From Tissierellia bacterium (GTDB taxonomy: Bacteria; Bacillota; Clostridia; Peptostreptococcales; Acidaminobacteraceae): a stretch of 42,198 nt of DNA. Location of the stretch: positions 1 to 42,198 of the forward strand of contig DUVM01000038.1 of the NCBI GenBank assembly GCA_012841045.1, given 5' to 3'. A program made the translations under genes and the position numbers. Below the pieces are notes generated by a model. That model saw only the letters and a list, made by a program, of their open reading frames with translations. It did no database searches and was not told where the DNA came from. Of this stretch, positions 1 to 8,732 are shown in pieces. Positions within the stretch are counted from its first letter, which is position 1; each line of letters starts with the position of its first letter.

Positions 1-78
1 ACATAGACAAAGCCGAAGCTCGTCTCTATCCTATGAGCCTCGGCAATCATATTCGTTCCTTATAAAAGACATCTTTGT

Positions 79-540
79 TCAGATCTTCTGTACTGTGTCC
101 TCTCTCTTTCCGACTAGGAGTACAGCAGACTCCACTTCTTTGAATCCATTGTGTAGATAAAAATAGTATGCGGGATAATTGCGCTGCGTACCGAGAATGA
201 TGCAATCAAGTCCCATGGTGGCCACCCGATCAAAGAGCAGATCAATCATTCGGCTCCCATAGCCTGTCCTGTGTTTTTCTGGGTGAATCAGAAAGTCCTC
301 TACCCGGAGATAGTTTCCATTCGGACTCGGAACAATGATCCCTAGCACCATCCCCACGGGTTCGTCGTCTTCTCTAAGTACAAAACACATCCTGCTGGTA
401 TCTTTCAAATATGCATCAATATATTCAATGACATCGGGAAGATCGTATGTTTCGTTCCACGGAGCCGCTTCATACGCTAGAAGGTAGATCTCCGCATAGT
501 ATTCAATTTCATCCGAAACTCCCCTCACCAAGTCCGTCAT
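79..540 (-). CDS. GNAT family N-acetyltransferase
   Basis: The ORF has a GNAT acetyl-CoA motif region (HRTGYGSRMIDLL). I chose the ATG at 540, which follows AAGGAGA by 6 nt. The track start at 567 is a TTG extension. Confidence 0.7.
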   Translation of the reverse strand: MTDLVRGVSDEIEYYAEIYLLAYEAAPWNETYDLPDVIEYIDAYLKDTSRMCFVLREDDEPVGMVLGIIVPSPNGNYLRVEDFLIHPEKHRTGYGSRMIDLLFDRVATMGLDCIILGTQRNYPAYYFYLHNGFKEVESAVLLVGKREDTVQKI

Positions 541-615
541 TTTATTTCTCCTTGTATTGTCTGACAACTATTTCTGTAGACATTTTAACATAGGAAAGCC
601 ATTCATCGCCTTAAG

Positions 616-648
616 TCTTTAGGCTTTCTTTAGGTTGTCTTTATTCTT
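616..648 (+). promoter_or_regulatory. Three tandem 11-bp direct repeats (TCTTTAGGctt / TCTTTAGGttg / TCTTTATTctt), a candidate OmpR-family response-regulator site upstream of the ABC/TCS operon
   Basis: Repeat units start at 616, 627 and 638, an exact 11-bp (one helical turn) period. They lie 50-80 nt upstream of the GTG at 698. The binding function is inferred. Confidence 0.35.
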
Positions 649-697
649 TCCTGAAGCCCTTCCCTTATCCTTGATGCAAGACAACAAGGAGGTACAC

Positions 698-1381
698 GTG
701 ATTAAGATTCATCAATTAAAAAAGACATACAACAAAACACCTGTTTTAAACGGTATTGATTTTGACATTCGTCCAGGAGAAGTCTTTGCTCTGCTCGGTG
801 GAAACGGTGCTGGCAAGACGACGACCATTAAGATTCTTCTCGGGCTCACTCCCGCAGATGGGGGAACAGTTGAACTCCCAGAGGGTCTCACGGTCGGTTA
901 TTCCCCGGAAACTCCTTATTTCCCGCCCTTCATGAGTGGTTTTGAGATTATGAAGTATTACGCGCAACTTCAAGGGCTATCAAAAAAAGAAGCCGAAAGA
1001 GTGGCAGGGGAGTTGTTAGAAGAAATGGGACTTGAAAATACGAAAACGAAAGTCTCTCACTACTCGAAGGGAATGTTACAGCGACTGGCTCTGGCACAAG
1101 CCCTGATCGGAGATCCCGAGCTTCTTGTTCTCGATGAACCGACGGCAGGCCTCGATGCCCTTGGCAGGATCGAAATACTCGAACTGGTCCGCAGATACAG
1201 CCAGCGAGGAAAGACAATCCTCATCAACTCCCACATCTTAAACGACATGGAGCGTGTATGCGATCGCGGCGTCATTATAAGAAAAGGTGTCGTGATCCGC
1301 CGATGGGATAAAAAACAAGACTGCGAAAGAAGTCTCGAAGACGTATTTATCGCTAGCATGGAGGAAAAAATAGTATGTTAA
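698..1381 (+). CDS. ABC transporter ATP-binding protein
   Basis: Motifs present are Walker A GGNGAGKTT, signature SKGMLQR, Walker B LLVLDEPTAGLD and H-loop NSHIL. The GTG at 698 sits 7 nt after AAGGAGG. The track start at 635 runs through the repeat element. Confidence 0.9.
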   Translation: MIKIHQLKKTYNKTPVLNGIDFDIRPGEVFALLGGNGAGKTTTIKILLGLTPADGGTVELPEGLTVGYSPETPYFPPFMSGFEIMKYYAQLQGLSKKEAERVAGELLEEMGLENTKTKVSHYSKGMLQRLALAQALIGDPELLVLDEPTAGLDALGRIEILELVRRYSQRGKTILINSHILNDMERVCDRGVIIRKGVVIRRWDKKQDCERSLEDVFIASMEEKIVC

Positions 1382-2133
1382 TTCTTATCAAAGCCGCACT
1401 TCAGGAAAAAATACGACAAAAAGATTTTCTCGTTGTCTTGGGACTCGGGATTCTCCTTCTCCTGCTGCTTAGCACCGGAACCGCCAGTGTCAGTATTAAC
1501 GGAGAATCCATCACAAGCTTTTCTCGAATGCTTGGAATGCTCGTGACCATCAGCAGCGCCATCATTTGCCTTTTAAGTATTGTCCTCAGTCTCTCCACCA
1601 TCTCCAATGAGTACAAGCGCCACAGCAGCCACCTCGTTTGGGTGAGAGGCATTTCACAGACGAAGTATCACTTTTCTTTGACCATCGCAAACTTCCTCGC
1701 TGCGAGCCTAGCCAGTTTTATCATTCACCTAGCGCTCGTGATCTACTTCGTGATGCAAGGACAGATCGCCCTCATCCCTCGTCTCATCCCTGTATTCTTC
1801 ATGACCCTTACCAGCGTGGCAGCGTGTACAACGCTGACCTCCGTCCTCAGCCTGTTCCTTTCTCCTTTGCCCACAGGAATCCTCTCCATGCTTCTTATCG
1901 GCACAGGACTTAGCCACAACATGCTTGAAACTCTTTCAACCTTATCTGATGGCATCTCTTCGTCGATGATTCGGTTGTTCCTAAAGTTCTCTCCGAACTT
2001 AAGTGCCATTTCGATGCAGGCAACAGCGTTTCTTCGAAAAGATTGCCCCCAGCTCCTTCCGATTCTCCAGGTGATTTTCTGGGCTTATCTTCTGAGCTGG
2101 TTCTTGATCATCTACAAGAAGAAAGAGGCATAA
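1375..2133 (+). CDS. ABC-2 type transporter permease (about 6 TM)
   Basis: The protein is a hydrophobic multi-pass ORF. Its ATG overlaps the ATPase stop (ATGTTAA) and GGAGGA lies 8 nt upstream. Confidence 0.7.
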   Translation: MLILIKAALQEKIRQKDFLVVLGLGILLLLLLSTGTASVSINGESITSFSRMLGMLVTISSAIICLLSIVLSLSTISNEYKRHSSHLVWVRGISQTKYHFSLTIANFLAASLASFIIHLALVIYFVMQGQIALIPRLIPVFFMTLTSVAACTTLTSVLSLFLSPLPTGILSMLLIGTGLSHNMLETLSTLSDGISSSMIRLFLKFSPNLSAISMQATAFLRKDCPQLLPILQVIFWAYLLSWFLIIYKKKEA

Positions 2134-2135
2134 TC

Positions 2136-3068
2136 ATGAAAACAAGATGGATGTATCTCGTCCCCGGTATCCTCATGCTCGCCGCTATTTTGATAGCGAC
2201 TCCCTCTGGACTTCCTCAAGCAGATCAAGCGATATATGAGGCCGCCATCGCTTTTGATGAAAACCATGTCATTAACTCATTCCCTTCTTATTCTATTCAA
2301 GACTATACCTTTCGTTTCTTTGACGGCACACACGATTATGTCATCAGAGATAGAAATATAAGCAAAGAAAAACCTTTCCTTCGCAGCTTAGCTGCCACCA
2401 CTGTACAAGTAGAAGGTGAATGGCAGGTGCTGGTGCCGACGATCGAGCGCATGAATAGCACCCTCTCTTTTCTAGGAAAAGGCCAGGACCTCTCTTCCAT
2501 AGACAGCGACGCCCTTCAAGTGGCAACCCTGTGGCACGAGGGCTTTCACAGCTATCAAATGACACATTTTGAAGAAAATCTCGCAAAATACATGTACCTA
2601 CATGACATGCCGGAGAATATCGAATCTTTTGTTGCGGAGTATATTGACGCAGATGAACATCTGAAAAAAGACTATCTACAAGCCGAGCAGATCTTGGACA
2701 CAGCGATTGCGTCGAAGAATCTCGAAGAAACCAAACGACTTGCCTCTGAGTTTCTCGATGTTTACTACAGTCGTCGAGAAAACTTAACCGAAAAAGCAAG
2801 ACAAATGGAAAGCCTTTATGAGATGATAGAAGGTAGTGCACAGTATATCGAGAGCCTAATTTACCGCGCCCAAGCAGGAGAAGAAGCCTATCAAGAGTAT
2901 TACATGACGACGGATACTGTTGCAGCCAATGGAATCAGTAAATACTACACCATGGGAAGAAAGATCTGCTTGGTTCTTGATAAACTGAGCCCGGATTGGA
3001 GCAAGGACTTTGACTTCTCTGTCGGCCTTGCCGAACTATTAGCAAAAAATATAGAGGAAGAACGATGA
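2136..3068 (+). CDS. Membrane-anchored putative zinc metallopeptidase (HExxH, peptidase-MA-like)
   Basis: The ATG lies 3 nt after the permease stop. There is an N-terminal anchor (MKTRWMYLVPGILMLAAILIA). HEGFH is followed about 95 aa later by EGSAQY, a gluzincin-like third-ligand pattern. The track start at 2043 is a spurious extension. Confidence 0.5.
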   Translation: MKTRWMYLVPGILMLAAILIATPSGLPQADQAIYEAAIAFDENHVINSFPSYSIQDYTFRFFDGTHDYVIRDRNISKEKPFLRSLAATTVQVEGEWQVLVPTIERMNSTLSFLGKGQDLSSIDSDALQVATLWHEGFHSYQMTHFEENLAKYMYLHDMPENIESFVAEYIDADEHLKKDYLQAEQILDTAIASKNLEETKRLASEFLDVYYSRRENLTEKARQMESLYEMIEGSAQYIESLIYRAQAGEEAYQEYYMTTDTVAANGISKYYTMGRKICLVLDKLSPDWSKDFDFSVGLAELLAKNIEEER

Positions 3069-3760
3069 CGTATAGAGTGCTCGCCGCTGATGATGAAACA
3101 GAACTTCTCGATGCCCTCGAGCTATTCTTTGCAAAAGAAAACATCGAGCTGATCAAAGCAAAAGATGGAATAGAAGCGCTGGAAAAATTCCGATCCACGA
3201 ATCCTCAGCTTCTGCTTCTTGACATCATGATGCCGGGAATGGACGGCTTTCAACTCCTTCGAACCATCCGAAAAGAGAGCAATGTGCCCGCATTGATGCT
3301 GACCGCCAGAGACCAAGATGTCGACAAGATCTTGGGACTTCAACTAGGTGCTGATGACTATATCACCAAACCCTACAATCCCTTGGAATTGGTGGCAAGA
3401 GTCAAGGCACAGCTGCGTCGCACATACGACTACCTAAAGCATGAACTGCCTGATCAACTGATTGAGATCCACGACCTCACGTTGAATCCGGCCGCAGGAA
3501 CAGCTAGTAAAAGGGGAGAGGAGCTTCCCCTTACCCGCAGCGAATATCTGATTCTCGAGCTTCTGATGCAAAACGCAGGGAGGGTTCTCACCTAGCAACA
3601 ACTCTTTGAACACGCCAGACAGGAGAGTTATCTAGGGGATGAAAACACCGTGATGATGCACATCAGTAATCTGCGCTCAAAGATTGAAGACAATCTAAAA
3701 CACCCCCGCTACATCCGCACGATCAGAGGGCTTGGCTACCGATTTGAGTTAGAAAAATGA
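3065..3760 (+). pseudogene. OmpR-family response regulator interrupted by an in-frame TAG at 3593-3595
   Basis: The receiver domain (LLLLDIMMPGMDG, GADDYITKPYNP) and winged helix (LTRSEYLILELL ... IRTIRGLGYRFELEK) are in one frame. The frame reads GRVLT*QQLFEHAR. ATGA overlaps occur at both ends, with the peptidase stop and the kinase start. Confidence 0.8.
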
Positions 3761-5178
3761 ATCGATCCGCATCTGTTAAAAAAGGAAAAGGAAGAAGAGG
3801 ACTGGCGCTTTTTCCTAAAATAGCGCTTTCTTTTCTGCTCTTTGCCATTGCCATTATTATCGCTTTTACTTCCTCACTTATTTTTACGGGGATCTTTGCC
3901 ACCGGCAACAACCTGATGCGTCTGACGCCTGAAAAACTTGTCGATGAGACAGGAGAACTGATCGACCTAACCTTTGTCCATCGCATCGGAGGATGGGTCG
4001 AAAAGCTGGATTCAAGCTATCATGTCACTGAAGTATACGGAGAAAAACTCACCTCCGACAGAGTCTATGACACAAAAGCCCTTCTGGAGATGACAAATCC
4101 CTTCCAGGAGGAAGGGCGTCCCTACCACGCCTTCATCTATCCTTACGAAGACGAAAGCGGCTCTGGTAGCTACTTGCTCTTTTATGATCGAAACAACGTC
4201 TCCATCACTTCCCAGCTCGACATTTCAAATGCCAACACAAATGCCAGCTGGGGCAGAATGTTTCTCCTTATTTTTGGATCGATGTTCGTGATCATCAGCT
4301 TGGCGATGAGCTATTATCTTGTGAGACAGATTAAAAGACCGCTAGAAGCGCTGCGGGGAGGAATGCAAAAGGTGGAGGCGGGGGAGCAGGAAGTCCATCT
4401 TGACTTTAAGGCCTCTGCCGACCTGATTGAACTCAGAGACTCCTTTAATCGCATGACGAGGGAGCTTGAGACACAAAAGAGAGAAAAAGCGCAGATGGAA
4501 GAAAAGAAACAGCGGCTGCTCCTTGAGCTCTCCCACGATCTTCGAACACCTGTGGCGACCATCAAGAGTTTTGCCGTCGCTCTTTCAGAGGACCTTGTCC
4601 CTGAGAAGCAGAAAAATCATTATTATAGCGTCATTGCTGATAAAGCCGACCGTGTCACCACCTTGGCCTCTGATCTTTTTAGCATGCTGAGGATGGAGGA
4701 TGCACAGAGTCCCATTCAACCTGAAAAGCTAGCACTTCATGAGTTTTTACGAAGACTTGCCGCCTCGTATTACTCAGAGATTGAAAGAAGTCATCTTCAT
4801 CTTGACCTGCAGCTTCCCGATGCGCCTCTATATATAGAAGCAGATCCGTCTCTTTTAATACGCGCTCTGGGAAATCTCCTTGAAAACGCCATAAAATACA
4901 ACAAAACCGGCTCACGTATCGTTCTTTCAGCCGATGCCGATGAGAAAACAGTATATATCCATGTAAAAGACGACGGCGAATCGATTCCGGAAGAAGAGCG
5001 GGATACTCTCTTTGATCCTTTCATGCGGGTAGATAAAGTTCGCACCTCAAGCGAAGGAAGCGGGCTGGGTCTTGCCATTGCAAATGCCATCGCCCAAAAA
5101 CACGGAGGATCTCTTCGCTATCTCCAAAGTGAAGGATTCAATCATTTCACCATGGCGTTTCCAACCATAGCCTCATAA
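3757..5178 (+). CDS. Sensor histidine kinase (2 TM, HAMP, HisKA, HATPase_c)
   Basis: Motifs present are H-box ELSHDLRTPVATI, N-box LLENAIKYN, G1 VKDDGESI and G2 GSGLGLAIA. There are two hydrophobic segments around an extracytoplasmic domain of about 130 aa. Confidence 0.9.
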   Translation: MNRSASVKKGKGRRGLALFPKIALSFLLFAIAIIIAFTSSLIFTGIFATGNNLMRLTPEKLVDETGELIDLTFVHRIGGWVEKLDSSYHVTEVYGEKLTSDRVYDTKALLEMTNPFQEEGRPYHAFIYPYEDESGSGSYLLFYDRNNVSITSQLDISNANTNASWGRMFLLIFGSMFVIISLAMSYYLVRQIKRPLEALRGGMQKVEAGEQEVHLDFKASADLIELRDSFNRMTRELETQKREKAQMEEKKQRLLLELSHDLRTPVATIKSFAVALSEDLVPEKQKNHYYSVIADKADRVTTLASDLFSMLRMEDAQSPIQPEKLALHEFLRRLAASYYSEIERSHLHLDLQLPDAPLYIEADPSLLIRALGNLLENAIKYNKTGSRIVLSADADEKTVYIHVKDDGESIPEEERDTLFDPFMRVDKVRTSSEGSGLGLAIANAIAQKHGGSLRYLQSEGFNHFTMAFPTIAS

Positions 5179-5249
5179 GGAGAAGTCGAAGGATTGAGAA
5201 ATGGGTACTAGCATTTCACCATGGCGTTTCCAACCATAGCCTCATAAGG
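5143..5249 (+). repeat. Tandem duplication of the kinase gene 3' end (38-nt identical copies at 5143-5180 and 5212-5249)
   Basis: catttcaccatggcgtttccaaccatagcctcataagg occurs twice. gaaggatt also recurs upstream of each copy (5131 and 5188). Confidence 0.95.
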
Positions 5250-5269
5250 GACGAGAAACCAATTACATT

Positions 5270-5317
5270 AAAAAAGGAGACGTGGACGGCCGTCGGCCAA
5301 CCATGTCTCCGTTTTTC
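5270..5317. terminator. Bidirectional intrinsic terminator between the kinase and the MFS gene
   Basis: The stem pairs ggagacgtgg (5276-5285) with ccatgtctcc (5301-5310). An A-run lies upstream and a T-run downstream. Confidence 0.7.
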
Positions 5318-5327
5318 TTTCTTCTTT

Positions 5328-6572
5328 TTAGTCGTCGGGAATCATCTCTTCTAGTTTGGGCGTAGGTTTCGAGTCTCCGTGCTTGACCTGGCTCATCGTG
5401 GCCATCGCGACAAGCGCAAAGAAGAGCGAATAAGGAAAGAGCGTTCTATAGGAAACATGCTCCAGGAGAGCTCCCGAAAGAACGGGCGTAATAATCTGCG
5501 CCGCCATGGAGGCGGTGTAGTAATACCCTGTGTATTTACCAATATCACGCACGCGGCTCATCTCCACCACCATCGGAAAGCTGTTGACATTGATGGCAGC
5601 CCAGCCTATGCCTTTGATCATAAAGACTAGGTAAACAAGAGGAGAAAACGTCTGGAAGGTAAAGCCCCAGGCGTAACTGAGAGCGATCAACGAGATACCC
5701 ACCATAATGGTCTTTTTGCGCCCGACTTTGCTAGCAATTATTCCGATCGGAATGAAGGCGATCATGGCTGCCCCGAAGGCAACCAGCTGTGCAGAAGCAA
5801 AGCCTCCCCCGACAAAATTCCATACCCTGATGGCGTAGCGGCTAAAGGCCGTAATTATCGCATTATAGGCGAGAAACCAGAAGAAGACAGAAGCCAGCAG
5901 AAAGCGGAAAGAGCGACGAGTGGGCGGATCCATATCTCCTTCATACGACACATCTTCCTCTTTCTCATCTTTAATGCGGAGTGAATTTTCGCGGATCGTC
6001 AATAAAAGGATGATGACAGCTAGCGCCATGATCACCGCGACTCCATAGAAAACCTTTGAGTAATCCGGATTTTCGACCTTCGGCACCAAAAACATGATTA
6101 ATACGAGAGAGAGCATGCCTCCGATCGATCCCATCAGATTGATAATGGCGTTGCCCATGCTGCGAAGCGGTTTCGGGGTCACATCCGGCATCAAAGCGAC
6201 AGCAGGGCTTCGATAAATGCTTAAGCTTAATAGAACACCACCTAATGCTATAAAGAAGAAAATGAAGTTCTCCTGTCGCACCGCTACAGGAATCAATAGC
6301 ATAAAGAGGATGGCAAGAAAGGTGCCGCTCAGAATGAAAGGCGTCCTTCTCCCCAGTTTTGTATCCACTTTGTCGGAGAGATGTCCAAACAATGGCAATA
6401 GAAAAAGAGCCAGAACATTGTCTATCGCCATAATAGCCCCTGTCCAAGTCTCTCCTACGTGAAAAGTATTCTGCAGAATCAGCGGAATCAAGTTGTCGTA
6501 CATCTGCCAAAACGTCGAGATGGACATAAATGCGAGTCCGACAAGGATGGTGCGCTTGACATTGAGTTTCAT
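5328..6572 (-). CDS. MFS transporter (GPH/SLC45-like)
   Basis: The protein has about 12 hydrophobic segments and the loop motif SDKVDTKLGRRTPF. I chose the ATG at 6572, which follows GGAGGAAAG. The track start is 6593. Confidence 0.8.
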   Translation of the reverse strand: MKLNVKRTILVGLAFMSISTFWQMYDNLIPLILQNTFHVGETWTGAIMAIDNVLALFLLPLFGHLSDKVDTKLGRRTPFILSGTFLAILFMLLIPVAVRQENFIFFFIALGGVLLSLSIYRSPAVALMPDVTPKPLRSMGNAIINLMGSIGGMLSLVLIMFLVPKVENPDYSKVFYGVAVIMALAVIILLLTIRENSLRIKDEKEEDVSYEGDMDPPTRRSFRFLLASVFFWFLAYNAIITAFSRYAIRVWNFVGGGFASAQLVAFGAAMIAFIPIGIIASKVGRKKTIMVGISLIALSYAWGFTFQTFSPLVYLVFMIKGIGWAAINVNSFPMVVEMSRVRDIGKYTGYYYTASMAAQIITPVLSGALLEHVSYRTLFPYSLFFALVAMATMSQVKHGDSKPTPKLEEMIPDD

Positions 6573-6804
6573 GATCTTTCCTCCTGCTTCCATTTATCCC
6601 CTAATATTCACCATGATACCCGATAGCAGACATTTCATTGTGAAAAAAGCATTTTTACTGCATGATGTTATTATATCAAGTGACTGGGTATAAATTAAAA
6701 ATATACTAGTTATATATCATAGAAACAATAACGACCTACTATGCCGGCGGCTCATTGATCCGCCTGTGTTTTTCTGCTAAGATACTTCGAGAGGTGTTGA
6801 TATT

Positions 6805-7005
6805 ATGATTGATTATTCTGTAGATACGTTGATGGAAAAAACCAAAAACAAATATGTATTGAGCCAAGTCATCGCCAAGCGCGCTCGGGAGATTCGCTCA
6901 GAAGAAGGATTCGTTCTTGGATACAAGGCAATCGATCAGGCAGCGCAAGAACTGGTGGACGATCGTTACAGCTACACGTTTGAGCGTGAAGAGGACGAAG
7001 AATAG
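6805..7005 (+). CDS. rpoZ: DNA-directed RNA polymerase subunit omega
   Basis: The 66-aa product (DTLMEKTKNKYVLSQVIAKRAREI) matches the Firmicute RpoZ N-terminal pattern and has an acidic tail. Confidence 0.8.
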   Translation: MIDYSVDTLMEKTKNKYVLSQVIAKRAREIRSEEGFVLGYKAIDQAAQELVDDRYSYTFEREEDEE

Positions 7006-7027
7006 AGGGGATCCCTCTATTTTTTTG
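7003..7027 (+). terminator. Intrinsic terminator after rpoZ
   Basis: The hairpin tagaggg-gat-ccctcta is followed by a T-run. Confidence 0.75.
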
Positions 7028-7039
7028 TCTCTCATATAG

Positions 7040-7077
7040 GAGCAGAGAGGGGTCTTCCTCTGCTCTATTTTATTTTT
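7040..7077 (+). terminator. Second hairpin plus T-run downstream of rpoZ
   Basis: gagcagagagg ... cctctgctc is followed by tattttattttt. Confidence 0.5.
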
Positions 7078-7210
7078 CCGAGAAAGCGGGCTAGTGAGTG
7101 ATCCACAGATATGGCCATGGGGTTGGGGCCGGTCGCTCCTTCATGTCCCCAAGATCAGATATCTGAGAAGCCTATTTCCGGATTCGATTTGTTTTTTTAA
7201 AGGACGGACA

Positions 7211-7247
7211 TAAAAAGAAACGGGGATGGGATATCTCCGTTTCTTCT
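7211..7247 (-). terminator. Intrinsic terminator of the lipoprotein hydrolase gene
   Basis: On the minus strand, aagaaacggaga ... tccccgtttctt is followed by a T-run. Confidence 0.7.
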
Positions 7248-7269
7248 TGAATTTATTATTTTCGTTCTA

Positions 7270-8565
7270 TCAGTGACTCAGAATCCATTGGGCGATGTCT
7301 CCAATCACCTGCTCGTCGACGTGATTTGGTGTGTTATAGTCAACCACCGGGTCGTCGCTGACGCTTTTCATAAAGAGATGATTGAGCCCGTCATAGAGTT
7401 TAAATGTGACATTGTCTCTATCTTTAAGAAGATCTTTCCACGCTTCGAAATCCCTGTCGACATAGATCTGCACATCCTCCGTCCCCTGGAGAACGAAAAA
7501 TGGCTGCGTGAGCGAACTGATCACCGCCGGAGCAGAGGAGGTCTCGAGGCTCTTCCAGTAAGAGTAGGGAACGCCAAACGGAGCGGACTTCTCGTCTCCT
7601 GCTCGGATGGACTCCATTTCCTTTTGAATAGAGTTTCTCTGCGCCTCTTTTTCTTCCGGCGTCATATCTGCCGCCTCCACCTGCGCCAAGAGCTGCTCTT
7701 CCATGATGACCTCAAGCCTTCTCGGGCTACCGGCAAGCGAGAGAATCCCTTTTATCTGCGGATGCCTTGTGGCGATGTCGGGGACGAGCATCCCTCCAAG
7801 GCTGTGGCCGAGGAGGTACACCCTTGATGGATCGATGCCTTTAAAGGTTGAAATGTTCTCAATGATCCAGTCCACGTCGTCAAGCACTTCGTCTTGGATG
7901 GTAAGCTGTGGGTACTGGGCGGCCAGCTGTGGGTTTGAGTAAAATCTCTTATCATAGCGGATGGTGGCGATGCCTTGTTTTTGTAGGCCAAGCGCGATGT
8001 CACGAAGCGGCGCATTGCCGGCTTTTCCTAGCATTCCATCCATTCCATGCGAGCCGCTTCCGGCGATCAAGATCACGACAGGAGCATTGTCATTTTCAGG
8101 AAGCATCAGTCTTCCCGCAAGAGCATGCTCGCCCACTTGGATCTCTTCTTCTCCGGGCAGAAGAGCAGGCGTTAAGGGAGAGTTCGCAAAATACAGGCCG
8201 GTGATCTTTCCCTCCGTCGTATAGGAGATGCGCGTGTTGATATTCGTCGAGGTCAGTTCGCTGAACACATCGACCACAATGTATTGATCCACCGTCTGCG
8301 ACGTGACATCCAGCGTTTTTACATAGGCGTTTAAAGCAGCGAGCTGCTGAATCTGAACCGTCAGTATTTCCAGCGGAAGTTGTTGCGCTAGCGTATCGGA
8401 AAATTCAGCATAGACCTCTTCGGCGTCTCCCGCAAGTAATCGTTTAGCGGCTTCTTCCGCCTTTTCTTCATAAGGTGTCCTGTCAAGCGTCTCCATGTCG
8501 GTCTTTGTAGCGCAGGCTGTCAGAAGCATCAACAAGACTAATATGACAACAATCGTTTTTTTCAT
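7270..8565 (-). CDS. Lipoprotein alpha/beta hydrolase (serine hydrolase)
   Basis: The ORF has a signal peptide with lipobox LLTAC and the nucleophile elbow GHSLGG. An N-terminal helical domain of about 120 aa precedes the hydrolase fold. Confidence 0.75.
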   Translation of the reverse strand: MKKTIVVILVLLMLLTACATKTDMETLDRTPYEEKAEEAAKRLLAGDAEEVYAEFSDTLAQQLPLEILTVQIQQLAALNAYVKTLDVTSQTVDQYIVVDVFSELTSTNINTRISYTTEGKITGLYFANSPLTPALLPGEEEIQVGEHALAGRLMLPENDNAPVVILIAGSGSHGMDGMLGKAGNAPLRDIALGLQKQGIATIRYDKRFYSNPQLAAQYPQLTIQDEVLDDVDWIIENISTFKGIDPSRVYLLGHSLGGMLVPDIATRHPQIKGILSLAGSPRRLEVIMEEQLLAQVEAADMTPEEKEAQRNSIQKEMESIRAGDEKSAPFGVPYSYWKSLETSSAPAVISSLTQPFFVLQGTEDVQIYVDRDFEAWKDLLKDRDNVTFKLYDGLNHLFMKSVSDDPVVDYNTPNHVDEQVIGDIAQWILSH

Positions 8566-8732
8566 CTTTTCCTCACAAACGTATCATTCGAGGTTTCCGT
8601 GTTTACTTTTCCATCTTATCACAGGGATTGCCAAGTGTTTATCAGAACGTCAATTTTGTCGTATTCTGGTGTATACTAAATATAATATGGCAAACATCAT
8701 TGCCTTTTGTACGTTAGGGAAAGGAGTCCTTT

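Noticed and set aside
635-697. 5' extensions of track ORFs: 635-697, 2043-2135, 16708-16713, 17046-17063, 18454-18486, 23905-23982, 26597-26623, 29548-29595, 30128-30145, 33521-33532, 37711-37740 and 39348-39371.
   Set aside because: In each case an internal ATG or GTG has a well-spaced Shine-Dalgarno sequence. The extension overlaps an upstream gene, a DnaA box, a parS site, a terminator T-run or a repeat element.
3593-3595. TAG in the response regulator as a recoded codon (pyrrolysine or a reassigned stop).
   Set aside because: TAG terminates ppdK, rpmH, rpoZ and the formamidase gene in this same window, so it is a functional stop. No pyl genes or PYLIS-like context are visible. A nonsense mutation or a sequencing error is more parsimonious.
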